Shown: positions 50,595 through 64,000 of the stretch, piece after piece
How the letters are laid out: each line of letters starts with the position of its first letter
Position numbering within the stretch: position 1 is the stretch's first letter
Origin: Octopus vulgaris
Taxonomy: Eukaryota
Assembly (NCBI GenBank): GCA_951406725.2
Contig: OX597840.1
Location: forward strand, 28,334,001 to 28,398,000
DNA length: 64,000 nt
Direction: 5' to 3'
Program-made: the position numbers and the translations under genes
Notes under the pieces: model-generated
Database searches by the model: none
The model's input: the letters and a program-made list of their open reading frames with translations, nothing else
What the model was told of the DNA's origin: nothing

Positions 50595-51779
50595 GGCGGC
50601 GAGCTGGCAGAAACGTTTGCACGCCGGACGAAATGCTTAGCGGTATTTCGTCTGCCGCTACGTTCTGAGTTCAAATTCCGCCGAGGTCGACTTTGCCTTT
50701 CATCCTTTCGGGGTCGATTAAATAAGTACCAGTCACGCACTGGGGTCGATACAATCGACTTAATCCGTTTGTCTGTCTGTCCTTGTTTGTCCCCTCTCTG
50801 TTTAGCCCCTTGTGGGTAGTAAAGAAATAGGTATTTCGTTTGCCGTTACGTTCTGAGTTGTTCAAATTCCACATCCTTTTGGAGTCGATAAATTAAGTAC
50901 CAGTTTCATATTAGGGTCGATCTAATCAACTGCCCCAAACCACCAAATTTGGAGCCTTGTACCTAGAGTAGAAAAGAATATATTTCTTTGTAAAGGAGGC
51001 AAGCTGGCAGAAACGTTAGCACGCCGGGTGAAATGCTTAGCAGTATTTCGTCTGCCATTACATTCTGAGTTCAAATTCCGCCGAGGTCGACTTTGCCTTT
51101 CATCCTTTCGGGGTCGATTAAATAAGTACCAGTCACGCACAGGAGTCGATGTAATTGACTTAATCCGTTTCTGCCAGCTTGCCGCCTTTACAAAGAAATA
51201 TAATCTCTTCTACTCTAGGCACAAGGCCCGAAATTTGGTGGTGGGGAGCAGCCGATTAGATCGACCTTAATATGAAACTGGTACTGAATTTATCGACTCC
51301 GAAAGGATGAAAGGCAAAGTCGACCTCAGCGGAATTTGAACTCAGAACGTTGCGGCCGACGAAATACCTATTTCTTTACTACCCACAAGGAACTAAACAC
51401 AGAGAGGACAGACAAAGGGATTAAGTCGATTCTATCGATCCCAGTGCGAAACTGGTACTTTTATTTATCGACCCCGAATGGATGAAAGGCAAAGTCGACC
51501 TCGGCGGAATTTGAACTCAGACCGTAACGACGGGCGAAATACCTATTTCTTTACTACCCACAAAGGGCTAAACACAGAAGGGACAAACAAGAACAGACAG
51601 ACGGATTAAGTCGATTATATCGACCCCAGCGCGAAGCTGGTACTTTATTTATCGATCCCGAAAGAATGAAAGGCAAAGTCGATATCGACGGAATTTGAAC
51701 TCAGAACGTAGCGGCAGACGAAATACCGCTAAGTATTTCGCCCGGCGGGCTAACGTTTCTACCAGCTCGCCGCCTTAAA

Positions 51780-51840
<61 letters not shown>

Positions 51841-52078
51841 TATTTATTTATTTACTGCCCACAAGAGGCTAAACATAGAGGGTACAAAAAAGGACAGACA
51901 ATGGGATTAAGTCGATTACATCGATCCCAGTGCGAAACTGGTACTTTATTTATCGATCCCGAAAGGATGAAAGGCAAAGTGGACCTCGGCGGAATTTGAA
52001 CTCAGAACGTAACGACGGGTGAAATACCGCTAAGCATTTCGTCCAGTGCGCTAACGATTCTGCCAGCTCACTGCCTTA
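50595..52078. mobile_element. Cluster of tRNA-derived SINE family C copies, plus-strand copies then minus-strand copies
   Basis: ggcggcgagctggcagaaacg...gagttcaaattccgccgaggtcgactttgcctttcatcc; plus at ~50595 and 50995, minus at ~51275-52078. Confidence 0.88.
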
Positions 52079-52092
52079 ACAGCAGTAGCAGC

Positions 52093-52145
<53 letters not shown>

Positions 52146-52997
52146 AATAGAACAAGAACTATGATGAAATACATACATATAGATGTATATATCCGGCACG
52201 CAAGTATATATATTTATTTATTAATGACCCAGTGAGTGTTGGCGCTCTTGTGATTATTGTTCGACGGTCAAGCTCCGACCATTATGCAAATGACATTGTT
52301 CCAATACATATATCTGTTTACATTTTAATAAGTAGCATTCATCTATGATTATTGACAGCACGGGAGAAGAGAAGGGGACATTGGGATAGCGAGGAAGGGC
52401 GGCGTCGTGGGCCCCCTGATTAATTTTTAAATAAAAGCGAAATTGGTTGCTTGCATCCGTGTCGTTCTTTCCTGCTACAGAACCAGGATTTGGTCGAAAC
52501 CTGATTCCACACGGCAAGACTAAACACACCAGCTTGCTTGCTTATTGTTCTACTGGCAAATCTTTTATGCATAGATTTGCGAAGCACGAATATATACAAT
52601 AAAAACACGCACATAACTCACACACATATACAGAAGTGGCTGTGTGTTAGAAGCTTGCTTCCCAACCATATTGTCCTGGGTTCAGTCCTACTGCGTGACA
52701 TTTAAGCAAGTGTATTCTACTATAGTCTCGGGCCAACCAAAGACTTGTGAATGGATTTGGTAGACGGAAACTGAAAGAAGCTGTCGAAGAGCGTAGGCAC
52801 GAAACGTCAAAGACTTTTCCTTTCTTCCCCGGCGTGAAACTAATACACCTGCTTGTACATTCACGTGTCTTCGTCTTTTGTTTTCTGTAAATTTGAACTA
52901 TATATGTGCATGTGTGCGCGCGCGCGTGTGTACGCCCACGTGCGTGTGTCTGTGTCTGTGTGCGTGTGTGTGCGTGTACGTGAATGTTATTTGGACG

Positions 52998-53043
<46 letters not shown>

Positions 53044-53206
53044 TACGACGGGCTTCTTTCAGTTTCCGTCAACCAAATCCACTCACAGGGCTTTGGTCGG
53101 CCCGAGGCTATAGTAGAAGACACTTGCCCAAGGTGCTACGCAGTGGGACTGAACCCGAAACCATGTGGTTGGTAAGCAAGTTACTTACCAGACAGCCACT
53201 CCTGCG

Positions 53207-53260
<54 letters not shown>

Positions 53261-53633
53261 TATACACGTCTATGTGCGTAAGTATGTAGATCTGTCAGTC
53301 TGTTTATGTGCCTGTGTGCGCGTGTGTGCGTTATATATATGTGTGAGTGTGTGTGTGTGTGTGTTTATGTGTGTGTGTTTGTGTGTGTATGTGTGTTTAT
53401 GTGTGTGTGTGTGTGTGTGCTTTGTCTCCTGTGGTTAAGCGAGCGATGTCCTTCAGCCGGACATTGGAATCCACTTAACCATCTTTGCGGTTCCAGTGAT
53501 TTATTATCCGCCATTCTTTATTGGTGGTCTTTGGAATGTGTGGCCACGTGATACTGGGGAGCGGGGTGAGGGTTGAGGCGCCATCACCACACACACTATA
53601 GATATATATATATATATAATAATTATTATTATT

Positions 53634-53677
<44 letters not shown>

Positions 53678-53809
53678 AATACTACTACTTGCATGTGAGC
53701 GCATGCGTGTGTGTATATACATGTATGTATGTATGTGTGTATATATATATGTGTGTGTCTGTGTGTATATAATATATATATATATATACGTATGATGTAT
53801 ATATATGCG

Positions 53810-53858
<49 letters not shown>

Positions 53859-53904
53859 GTATATTAAATATGTGTGCATGTGCGTATGTGTCTATGTGCA
53901 CACA

Positions 53905-53937
<33 letters not shown>

Positions 53938-53968
53938 TCATACATACATACATACATACATACATACA

Positions 53969-54001
<33 letters not shown>

Positions 54002-54681
54002 TCATACATACATACATACATACATACTTACATACATACATACACATACATATATACATAAATACATACATACATACATACATACACACACATACATACA
54101 TACATGCATGCATACATACACGCACATATACATACATACATACATACATACATACATACATACATACACACTAATAATAACTGGTGTGTTTAGTTTTGTG
54201 AGTAAATGCCTAGGTGATAATCCGGATAAAGTAGGGTTTTCAGAACAAGGAATCAACCAACTGATTCGCACATTACAAATACAGTCTGTAAGCGGAATAG
54301 TAAAGATATGCAAGACTTTCCCGAAGCATAATATGTGACATTGTTTTCGTTATCAATATTCCATCGATGGAACTTTGTATCATTCTTAGAAACGAAGGCT
54401 TTCGTCAGGGAATTTTGAATAATTGAAAGCGAAAAAGAACACACACACAAACATACATGTATGCATACATTCATACATACATATCTCATACGCATCAACA
54501 TACATAATTTAATAAATTTATTCATTTAATCTATCCACAAAAGTCCATATTTTGCACCACCCCCGCCACACACATTTTGTTCTCTATGTATAAAATTGTG
54601 TATATATGTATATATATACATATATATGTGTGTGTGTGTGTCGTTGTGATTTTGAACATCTCATTGATCGATCTGTCTCTG

Positions 54682-54724
<43 letters not shown>

Positions 54725-54774
54725 GTTTATATATATATACATATATATATATATGTGTATATATATACATACAT

Positions 54775-54853
<79 letters not shown>

Positions 54854-54873
54854 TAAATACATACATACATACA

Positions 54874-54907
<34 letters not shown>

Positions 54908-55644
54908 CTGTCTTTTACATACATATATATATATATATCTTTTTCTCTCTCCCCTTCTCTTTCTTTCCGACTCTCTCCTTCTCACTACCTTCTCACCTCT
55001 GTCTGTCTCTCTGCTTAAATGACATCTCTTAAAGATGATGTCCACAATGTAATCTCGTTAAAGATATACCATTACATCAGGTGTGTATATAACGGCCCAG
55101 ACGTTCGGTGACCGATGTTCCTTTGATGTGGCTATTAATTCTGGTTTACCGTTACAGGTGAATGATCTTGATATAGACTTCAAAGGACACCGCACTCTCT
55201 TTGAAGCAATGCAACGATATCAAACTACCTGAACTCCATAACTTTATATGGAATCTCGAACCAAAGTGATGGTCATCAACCAAGAAAGAAACCGCTACGA
55301 TTGTTTATTTTTAAGTTCGGATATATTTTGAATACTGTAAAGTTTTAAAATCAATCAATCAAGTCATTAATTAATTAATTAAGTAATTAATTAATTGATT
55401 GATTGATTGATAGCTTTGTATGTATGTTCTTTCCTTTTTCTTTTTAATTTAAGGTAAATTTTGACCGGATACCTACTTCGGTAGCAAGGTTGTGAAGGAA
55501 AGCGTCTTGTTTTAACAGTCATCCTTCAAATCTTTATAGTTCCGCATATCGTGATCGTTTCTACCATATGAATTCAGGATTTGCATTCGCTCCCCAAGAT
55601 TCCTAGTTCAGCCACACTTAACTCTCTCTCTCCCCCCTCCTTCA

Positions 55645-55847
<203 letters not shown>

Positions 55848-56150
55848 CCATTCGCTTTTCCATTCCTCCTGAGCGTTAAACTATTACACCTGCTTGTTGT
55901 TCCTACACCTGTCTTCATCTTTTATTTTCTGTAAATTTGGACTATATATATATATAACGGGAAAGTTTACGAAAATAAGCAAAAGACGAAGGCAGGTGGA
56001 GTACAAACAAACAGATGTATTAGTATGGAAATAGAAAAAGTCTTTTACGTTTCGAGCCTACGCTCTTCTACAGAAAAGGGACACAGAAAAAAACAAGGAG
56101 AGAAAAAGTGCGTGTAGGAGCTAACGATCTATCATGGCGTCTTGACCTCA

Positions 56151-56215
<65 letters not shown>

Positions 56216-56431
56216 TATTTCGAAACTCGGGGTAGATGAAACAGGGGCAACTGATGAAGGGGAAGGGGAATATTCTTTATGTTGCATGTCTCGTTCTTTT
56301 GTTTGTTTGTTTTTTCGTTTCTCATTGCGTTCAGAGTTCTTTTTTGTCCTGTACCCATATATGCATGTATATATACATATATATGTGCAGGTATGTACAT
56401 ATATGTATGTATATATGCATATATTTATATA

Positions 56432-56484
<53 letters not shown>

Positions 56485-56487
<3 letters not shown>

Positions 56488-56862
56488 ATATAAACGGCAG
56501 TTTGTCTGTGCGTTTTCTGTGTGTCTGTTTTCTCGTACCCTCACTCTGACCACAGCTTTCAACCGATTCTGATGAAACTTGACACACACATAGCCCAATG
56601 TCATAATTCAAAACTAACGCAGCGAAAATTTTGAAAAGTTCCCCCAGTTCTGAAAAAAATCGATAAATTCGACATGGGGTCGAGAATCAGAAACCCAAAC
56701 CGCAGACCGTCTAGGGGACGCAACTCCCCCTTTTTTAACTCTCAAAAAAATTTCCCATAATTTTTTTTTCCATTTTTTTGCTATTTTTTGGCTATAACTC
56801 TCTAAAAATGCTTTATAGTTATTTCCCTTACAAACCTGAGCAACGCCGGGCGATACTGCTAG
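56485..56862 (+). mobile_element. Non-autonomous Helitron-like element
   Basis: A|TCTATATAAA ... gagcaacgccgggcgatactgCTAG|T. Confidence 0.7.
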
Positions 56863-57118
56863 TATATATATATATATATATATACACACACATACATATA
56901 TATACACGCGTTTAGATTGATATTCAACAGAAGGAAGCACGCAAAATAAAGTGAAGCAGAGTTTAATCATTTATGCACAGTCGGGGTGTTACTCCGAGTT
57001 TTATTTTCCTGCCCGTCATGTGACGAATAAAGGAATGTATATTAGTGTATGTATTAATGCTTGTATACATAAACATACACGCATGCATTATAACTACACA
57101 CATCTATATATGCACCCC

Positions 57119-57151
<33 letters not shown>

Positions 57152-57419
57152 TGTATGTATGTATGTATGTATGTATGTATGTATGTATGTATGTATATGT
57201 ATGTATGTATGAATATAAACGCGAAAATACACATATTTGTGTCTGTATATAAACATATATGCACACTTATATTATTATACACACCTACGTATACACGGTG
57301 TGTTGAGTGCAGGTGAGTCAACACTGACGGGACAATTAGCTGATGAGTGACAACCGCGAGTCACCCAGCCTCCGCTCCATAACAGACCTCTCTTCTGATT
57401 GATCACCGTCTGGTTAGGA

Positions 57420-57681
57420 TAGTGGCGGTGGCGGTGGCGGTGGTGGTGGTGATGATGGCGACGGTGGCGGTGGTTATGGTGTTGGCGGCGGCGGTGGTGG
57501 TGATGGCGGTGGTGGCGGTGGTGGCGGCGGCGGTGGTGGTGGTGGTGGTGGTGGTGGTGGTGGTGCACACGGATGTGGTGTTATATAGAATACATCATAC
57601 AAACTACATAATTGATGGGGAAGCTGGGAAGGAGGGGGGTGTCGTTGTGTTTGTTGTTGTGGTTGTTGTTCTTGCTGCTGC

Positions 57682-57716
<35 letters not shown>

Positions 57717-58195
57717 GTGCCGTCAGCAAGTGGTTTGCACAGCCAACACAAACATGAATAGTTAATCGATGGCCGATGTTAAAGAGATGGGAGAAGAGAA
57801 AGAGGGTGGTGGTGACGGTGGTGGTATTGGTGGTGGTGGTGGCCATGGTGCCGGTGGATGCGGTGGATGCGGTGGTGATGGTCATGGTTATAATGGTGGT
57901 CACTATGATGGGGTAGTGGTGGTAGTGATGGTTGTGATGGTGGTGGTGGTCGTCGTCGTGGTGTGTGTCGTGGTGGTCGTGGTGGTGATGGTACCAGTGG
58001 TGTTTGTGGTTGTGATGGTGGTGCGGTGGTAGTGGTGGTTGTGGTTGGTGGTGGTGGTGGTGGTGGTGGTGGTGGTGGTGGTGGTGGTGGTGGTGGTGGT
58101 TGTAGTGCTGGTGGTGGTGGTGGTGGCGATGGTACCTGTGGTGTTTGTGATTTTGATGGTGGTGGTGCTGGTGGTGGTGGTCGTGGTTGTGATTT
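57420..58195. repeat. Degenerate (GGT/GTT)n trinucleotide region
   Basis: Direct inspection. Confidence 0.9.
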
Positions 58196-58598
58196 CGTAT
58201 TCATTAGTCCCATAATTGCATATAGTGTAGAACGGGTGGGATTTGAACTCAGGATGGGAAAATACTAAAGAAAATGTATTTGCTGTATAAACATTTATAT
58301 TCAGTATATCTAACGCGTAATTATTTACTTCAAAATCAATTTTTCGCATCCAAAACATTCCACAGAGAAACTTTCAACATTCGTTCTCTCTTTTACTCTT
58401 TTACTTGTTTCAGTCATTTGACTGCGGCCATGCTGGAGCACCGCCTTTAGTGAGAGCAAATCGACCCCCAGGACTTATTCTTTGTAAGCCTAGTACTTAT
58501 TCTATCGATCCCTTTTGCCGAACCGCTAAGTGACGGGGATGTAAACACACCACCATCGGTTGTCAAGCGATATTGGGGGAACAAACACAAACACACAA

Positions 58599-58693
<95 letters not shown>

Positions 58694-58789
58694 TACGATG
58701 GCTTCCTTCAGTTTCCGTCTACCAAATCCACTCACAAGGCTTTGGTCGGCCCAAGGCTATAGTAGGGAGACAAACACAGATACACAAAT

Positions 58790-58829
<40 letters not shown>

Positions 58830-59164
58830 GTATATACGATGGGCTTCCTTCAGTTTCCGTCTACCAAATCCACTCACAAGGCTTTGGTCGACTCGAGGCT
58901 ATAGTAGAAGACACTTGCCCAAGGTGCCACGCAGTGGGAATGAACCCGGAGCCATGAGGTTGGTAAGCAAGCTACTTTATTTCATAAAATTTGCCATGAA
59001 GGGATTACAAAGAGGGGACGAACAAGGACAGACAATCCTAAAAAGGTGTAGTAGCTGCTATAACGTTTAAACATTTATTATGATACAATTTAAAAATTAC
59101 AAATTACAATTTACAAATTACAAATTACTAATTAGAAATTACTAGTTACATGATAACATGTTAC

Positions 59165-60023
59165 GGATCTTTTCGGTTTGAACGGCAGTTTTTTAAAATA
59201 ATTTCCACATAACTAAACACTTTTAAACTTCGTATACTGGTAGAATGTGTTTATAAAACATCTTTCTCTCTTGGCTTTATTGAGAAAATTCTATAGTTTG
59301 TAAGATATTTGGAAGGGTATCTTTTTTTCTTCAGAAATGTAAATAAACCCAAGTTGTTTCTTAAACGAGGGACATATTCATACGGCACAGAATGTTTTCA
59401 CCTCAATAGACGTCATTGATTGGTTGAAATTGCAGAAATTGAAGAAAAAACAACAACAAATATCTTACAAACTATAGAATTTTCTCAATAAAACCAAGAG
59501 AAAAAGATGTTTTATAAACAAATTCTACCAGTATACGAAGTTTAAAAGTGTTTAGTTACATGGAAATTATGTTAAAAATTGCCGTTGAAACCGAAAAGAT
59601 CCTGTTTTTTACCTTAATAGACGTCAGTGATTGGTTGAAATTGCAAAAATTGAAGAAAAACAACAACAAATATCTTACAAACTATAGAATGTTCTCAATA
59701 AAACCAAGAGAAAAAGATGTTTTATAAACACATTCTACCAGTATACCAAGTTTAAAAGTGTTTAGTTAACTAGAAATTATGTTAAAAATTGCCGTTGAAA
59801 CCGAAAAGATCCTGTTTTTTACCTTAATAGACGTCAGTGATTGGTTGAAATTGCAAAAATTGAAGAAAATAAACAACAAATATATTACAAACTATAGAAT
59901 TTTCTCAATAAAGCCAAGAGAAAAAGATGTTTTATAAACATATTCTACCAGTATACGAAGTTTAAAAGTGTTTAGTTACCTAGAAATTATTTTTAAAAAA
60001 TGCCGTTCAAACCGAAAAGATCC
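59165..60023. mobile_element. Same MITE family, foldback form with triplicated right arm (~210-bp period)
   Basis: Left TIR at 59165; right TIR ends at 59602, 59812 and 60023. Confidence 0.85.
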
Positions 60024-60705
60024 ATATATATATACAAATTTTTTACGGCTCTATTATTCTTTGTATTCTTTCCTTCTTTCTATCAGCCCCTTCACACTTA
60101 CTTCGTTCATTCCACTCTTCGTTCTTTCGTTTCCCCTCTCTCACGTTTCCTGGCCTTCTCTTCATGCTCACTTTCCCTCCTCTTTCACTTCACTGTGTCT
60201 CTTTCACTTTTTCTCGCTCCTCCTTAATTCTTCTATCCCTCTGCCTCTACCTCTCTCTCTCACTTCTGTCCCCACGTGATCGGTGTTCGGACAGGTCTGA
60301 CCTTTCTTTCTTGGTTCGACTACAATCCGTGCAACATCTATATTCCTCCCTGTGCCTGTTAAAACTCATGTCCCTGCCGTAAGGCTTTACTTCCACACAC
60401 GCCAGCTTAATTTAATTCGTCCTTAGTCGAAAGACGCCTGTTGTTATGTCCTGTTATTTGTATTTGTGTAACATTCTCCATTTTTTCCCGTCCTTGTTTT
60501 CGTATACATTCGCTGCTTTCTTCCAAGGAATCTAATGCTCTTAGTTTAGTTTTTCCTTGACGCTGGTCAGATTGGATCAATCTCGAGTATAAACAGCCGA
60601 AATTGCAAAGATATTCTGGAACTCGACTGAGGAGAGAAAACCCCGAATGATCCCTCCTTGTTTTTCTTGTATCGTCTGTCTGGATATTTTGTTGTCCCCT
60701 TCTTG

Positions 60706-60797
<92 letters not shown>

Positions 60798-61014
60798 AGA
60801 GTTTACGAAAAAAACAAAAGACGAAGACAGGTGGTGTACAAAACAAACAGATGTATTAGTATAACGCTCAGGAATAGAAAAAGTATTTTATATTTCGTGC
60901 CTACGCTCTTCTACGGAAAGGGACACAGAAAAAACAAGGAGAGAAAAAAAATATATATATATGCTTTCGGTGTGAATGATTTTGTTGTACAGTGCCATAT
61001 TTTACAATCCTGTA

Positions 61015-61082
<68 letters not shown>

Positions 61083-61555
61083 TAGTATGTTTTATATAAG
61101 CTTAAAGCTTATGGCAATCACCATGCAATGACTAAGGAAAATAGTCTAATAACATATATTTACACACATACACACACACACACAGGTATAGATAGATACA
61201 CGGATAGATAGGCAAACAAAGGTATGTTTGTATGTTTTATGCATGCATGCATGCATGCACGCTTAGGAACACAATTCCACAGGTAAGCAAATATACAGCC
61301 ATAGAAATACACACACATATGCATATATATACATATATATACATATATATACCTTAATCAAAAGGTTCATATATAAACAAATACAGAGAAAAAGGGAGAG
61401 AGAGGGAGAGCTGGAGGTAGAGAGCGAGATAACATACTTTAGTATTAATGATAATGCATAAAGAACGACAGTGGTTTTTGTACTCAACTACCGTCGCGTA
61501 TCATTGGGGCTATTGTCTTCAACAGTATGTATATATGTGTGTATACGCGTGTGTT

Positions 61556-61637
<82 letters not shown>

Positions 61638-61638
61638 C

Positions 61639-61676
<38 letters not shown>

Positions 61677-62062
61677 CGCAGGAGTGGCTGTGTGGTAAGT
61701 AGCTTGCTAACCAACCACATGGTTCCGGGTTCAGTCCCACTGCGTGGCATCTTGGGCAAGTGTCTTCTGCTATAGCCCCGGGCCGACCAATGCCTTGTGA
61801 GTGGAATTCGTTGACGGAAACTGAAAGAAGCCTGTCGTATATATGTATATATATGTATGTGTGTTTGTCCCCTAGCATTGCCTGACAACCGATGCTGGTG
61901 TGTTTATGTCCCCGTTACTTAGCGGTTCAGCCAAAGAGACCGCAAGAACAAGTACTGGGCTTACAAAAGAATAAGTCGCGGGGTCGATTTGCTCGACTAA
62001 AGGCGGTGCTCCAGCATGGCCGCAGTCAAATGACTGAAACAAGTAAAAGAGTAAAGAGAGTG

Positions 62063-62097
<35 letters not shown>

Positions 62098-62996
62098 GTG
62101 TGCGTGTGTGTGTGTGTGTGTGTGTATGGAGGCGCAATGGCCCAGTATGGAGGCGCAATGGCTCGCAATCGTAGGATCGCGGTTTCGATTCCCAGACCGG
62201 ACGTTGGCCTGCTCGCTTAGCCAGCAGGTGGCGTCATTTGAAGGCTAAAACAATGTGAAGAGAATTTGGTAGACGGAAGCTGAAAGAAGCCCGTCGTATA
62301 TATGTATATATATGTATGTGTATATATATATGTTTGTGTGTCTGTGTTTGTCCACCCCCACCCCCAACATCGCTTGACAACCGATGTTGGTGTGTTTACG
62401 TCCCTGTAGCTTAGCAGTTCGGCAAAAGAGACCGATAGAATAAGTACAAGGCTTACAAACAATAAGTGCTAGGGTCGATTTGCCCGACTAAAGGCGGTGC
62501 TCCAGCATGACCGCAGTCAAATGACTGAAACGAGTAAAAGAAAAGAGAGTATATATATACACACACAAACACACGCACATACACACAAATTTATTGTAGT
62601 CAAACATACACAGTACATGTATGTGTATATACGTACATATGTGTATGTGCACGCGTGCGTGAGTGTGTGTTTGGGTGTGTGTGTGTGTGTGGTGTCCCAT
62701 ATGTAACACGGCATCTAAACGTATTTAGCGTTCAACAACTCATAAATTGCTGTTTACACAGATTTATACACCTTTAAAATATAGATACACGCATTTGCAG
62801 GTATACATACATACACGCACACAGCCATAGATATATACATACATGCATACGTATGTACATATATGTATACATACACCTACACACACTCAAATATATATAT
62901 CTGTATATATAGATATATGTATGTATATATGTGTATATATATGTGTATCTGTGTGTATACATGTTTATATAGAACATATGTGTACATATATATGTA

Positions 62997-63035
<39 letters not shown>

Positions 63036-63156
63036 CTCTGTGTGTACATGTCTATATAAAATATATGTGTACATATATATACATCTATATAATATATATA
63101 TTTACATATATTTGTATATATACACGCACACATGCACACACAAACACACATACATA

Positions 63157-63205
<49 letters not shown>

Positions 63206-63234
63206 ATATAGAATACGTGTATACATATATGTAT

Positions 63235-63279
<45 letters not shown>

Positions 63280-63638
63280 TTATGCAATATTATATACAGG
63301 TGCGTGTGTTTATGTATATATATATATATATACACACACATACACACACAAACACACATACATACGCATATATAATGTCCATATAGAATACGTGCATACA
63401 TATATGTATACGATATATGCATATACATATGTATATCTATGCAATATAATATACAGGTGTGTTACACACACACACACACATACACACACACATACATACA
63501 CATACACGTTAGCCAAAAAAGAAACGGAATTGTCAGTCGATTTGCAAATATAAAAAAAAAACAACAAAAAGGACTAAAAAAGTAAGGAATAAAAGACACT
63601 CCAAAAAATACCAAAAAAAAATAACAACCCCTTCCCCC

Positions 63639-63670
<32 letters not shown>

Positions 63671-64000
63671 TATCTCTACAATCGAAAAAGCGGCAACTAG
63701 TTGAAAAGGGGCCTCCAGGGAGAGCAACCAGCAAGAGAATCGGTGTTGTGGTTTGGTCTGAAAGACTTACAGTGATTGCTGAATGACGAGCGAACAATGG
63801 CGACTAAAGACAAATGAAAATTTCATGTCAATCCAACCGCGTTACCAGATTACAATTTGCTAATTACTTCTATTTTCTATTCCACTGTTTGTTCCTTCTG
63901 TTTATTTATGTATGGTGGCGCCGCCTAACGTTCGTTGAAGGTAGATGTTGTGTTGTGGTTGTGGTTGTGGTTGTGGTGATTGTTGTTGTGGTGGTGGTAG

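Noticed and set aside
56220-56290. CTGATGA near GAAAC as a possible hammerhead; similar partial matches at 46467 and 60637
   Set aside because: I could not build stems II and III in the correct order
57275-58358. Mucin-like Thr-rich or Gly-rich ORFs
   Set aside because: Open in many frames on both strands, no signal peptide or splice support; same type as the intronic trinucleotide tract

Overview
This is eukaryotic, extremely microsatellite- and SINE-rich genomic DNA. Its repeat content and tandem C2H2 gene style point to an octopus (coleoid cephalopod); that assignment is inference. Two genes diverge head-to-head. On the minus strand is a complete CLC-family Cl-/H+ exchanger gene with 17 coding exons (35475..10649, 845 aa by manual GT-AG, phase-consistent assembly). 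On the plus strand is a 9-finger C2H2 zinc-finger gene with one coding exon (44283..45164), whose C-terminus and stop codon come from an inserted repeat. The rest is tRNA-derived SINEs, a decayed Penelope-like retroelement, LINE 3' fragments, mariner/pogo/Merlin-type MITEs, Helitron-like elements, satellites and simple repeats. The most notable unexplained signal is a set of at least five distinct hammerhead-ribozyme-like motif families. Several copies have intact catalytic cores and lie in the sense orientation inside introns of the CLC gene. A 99-bp hairpin-forming tandem array lies downstream of the CLC stop, and a self-complementary 189-bp higher-order satellite lies in its last intron. 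Nearly all other ORFs in the supplied track are microsatellite or SINE artefacts.
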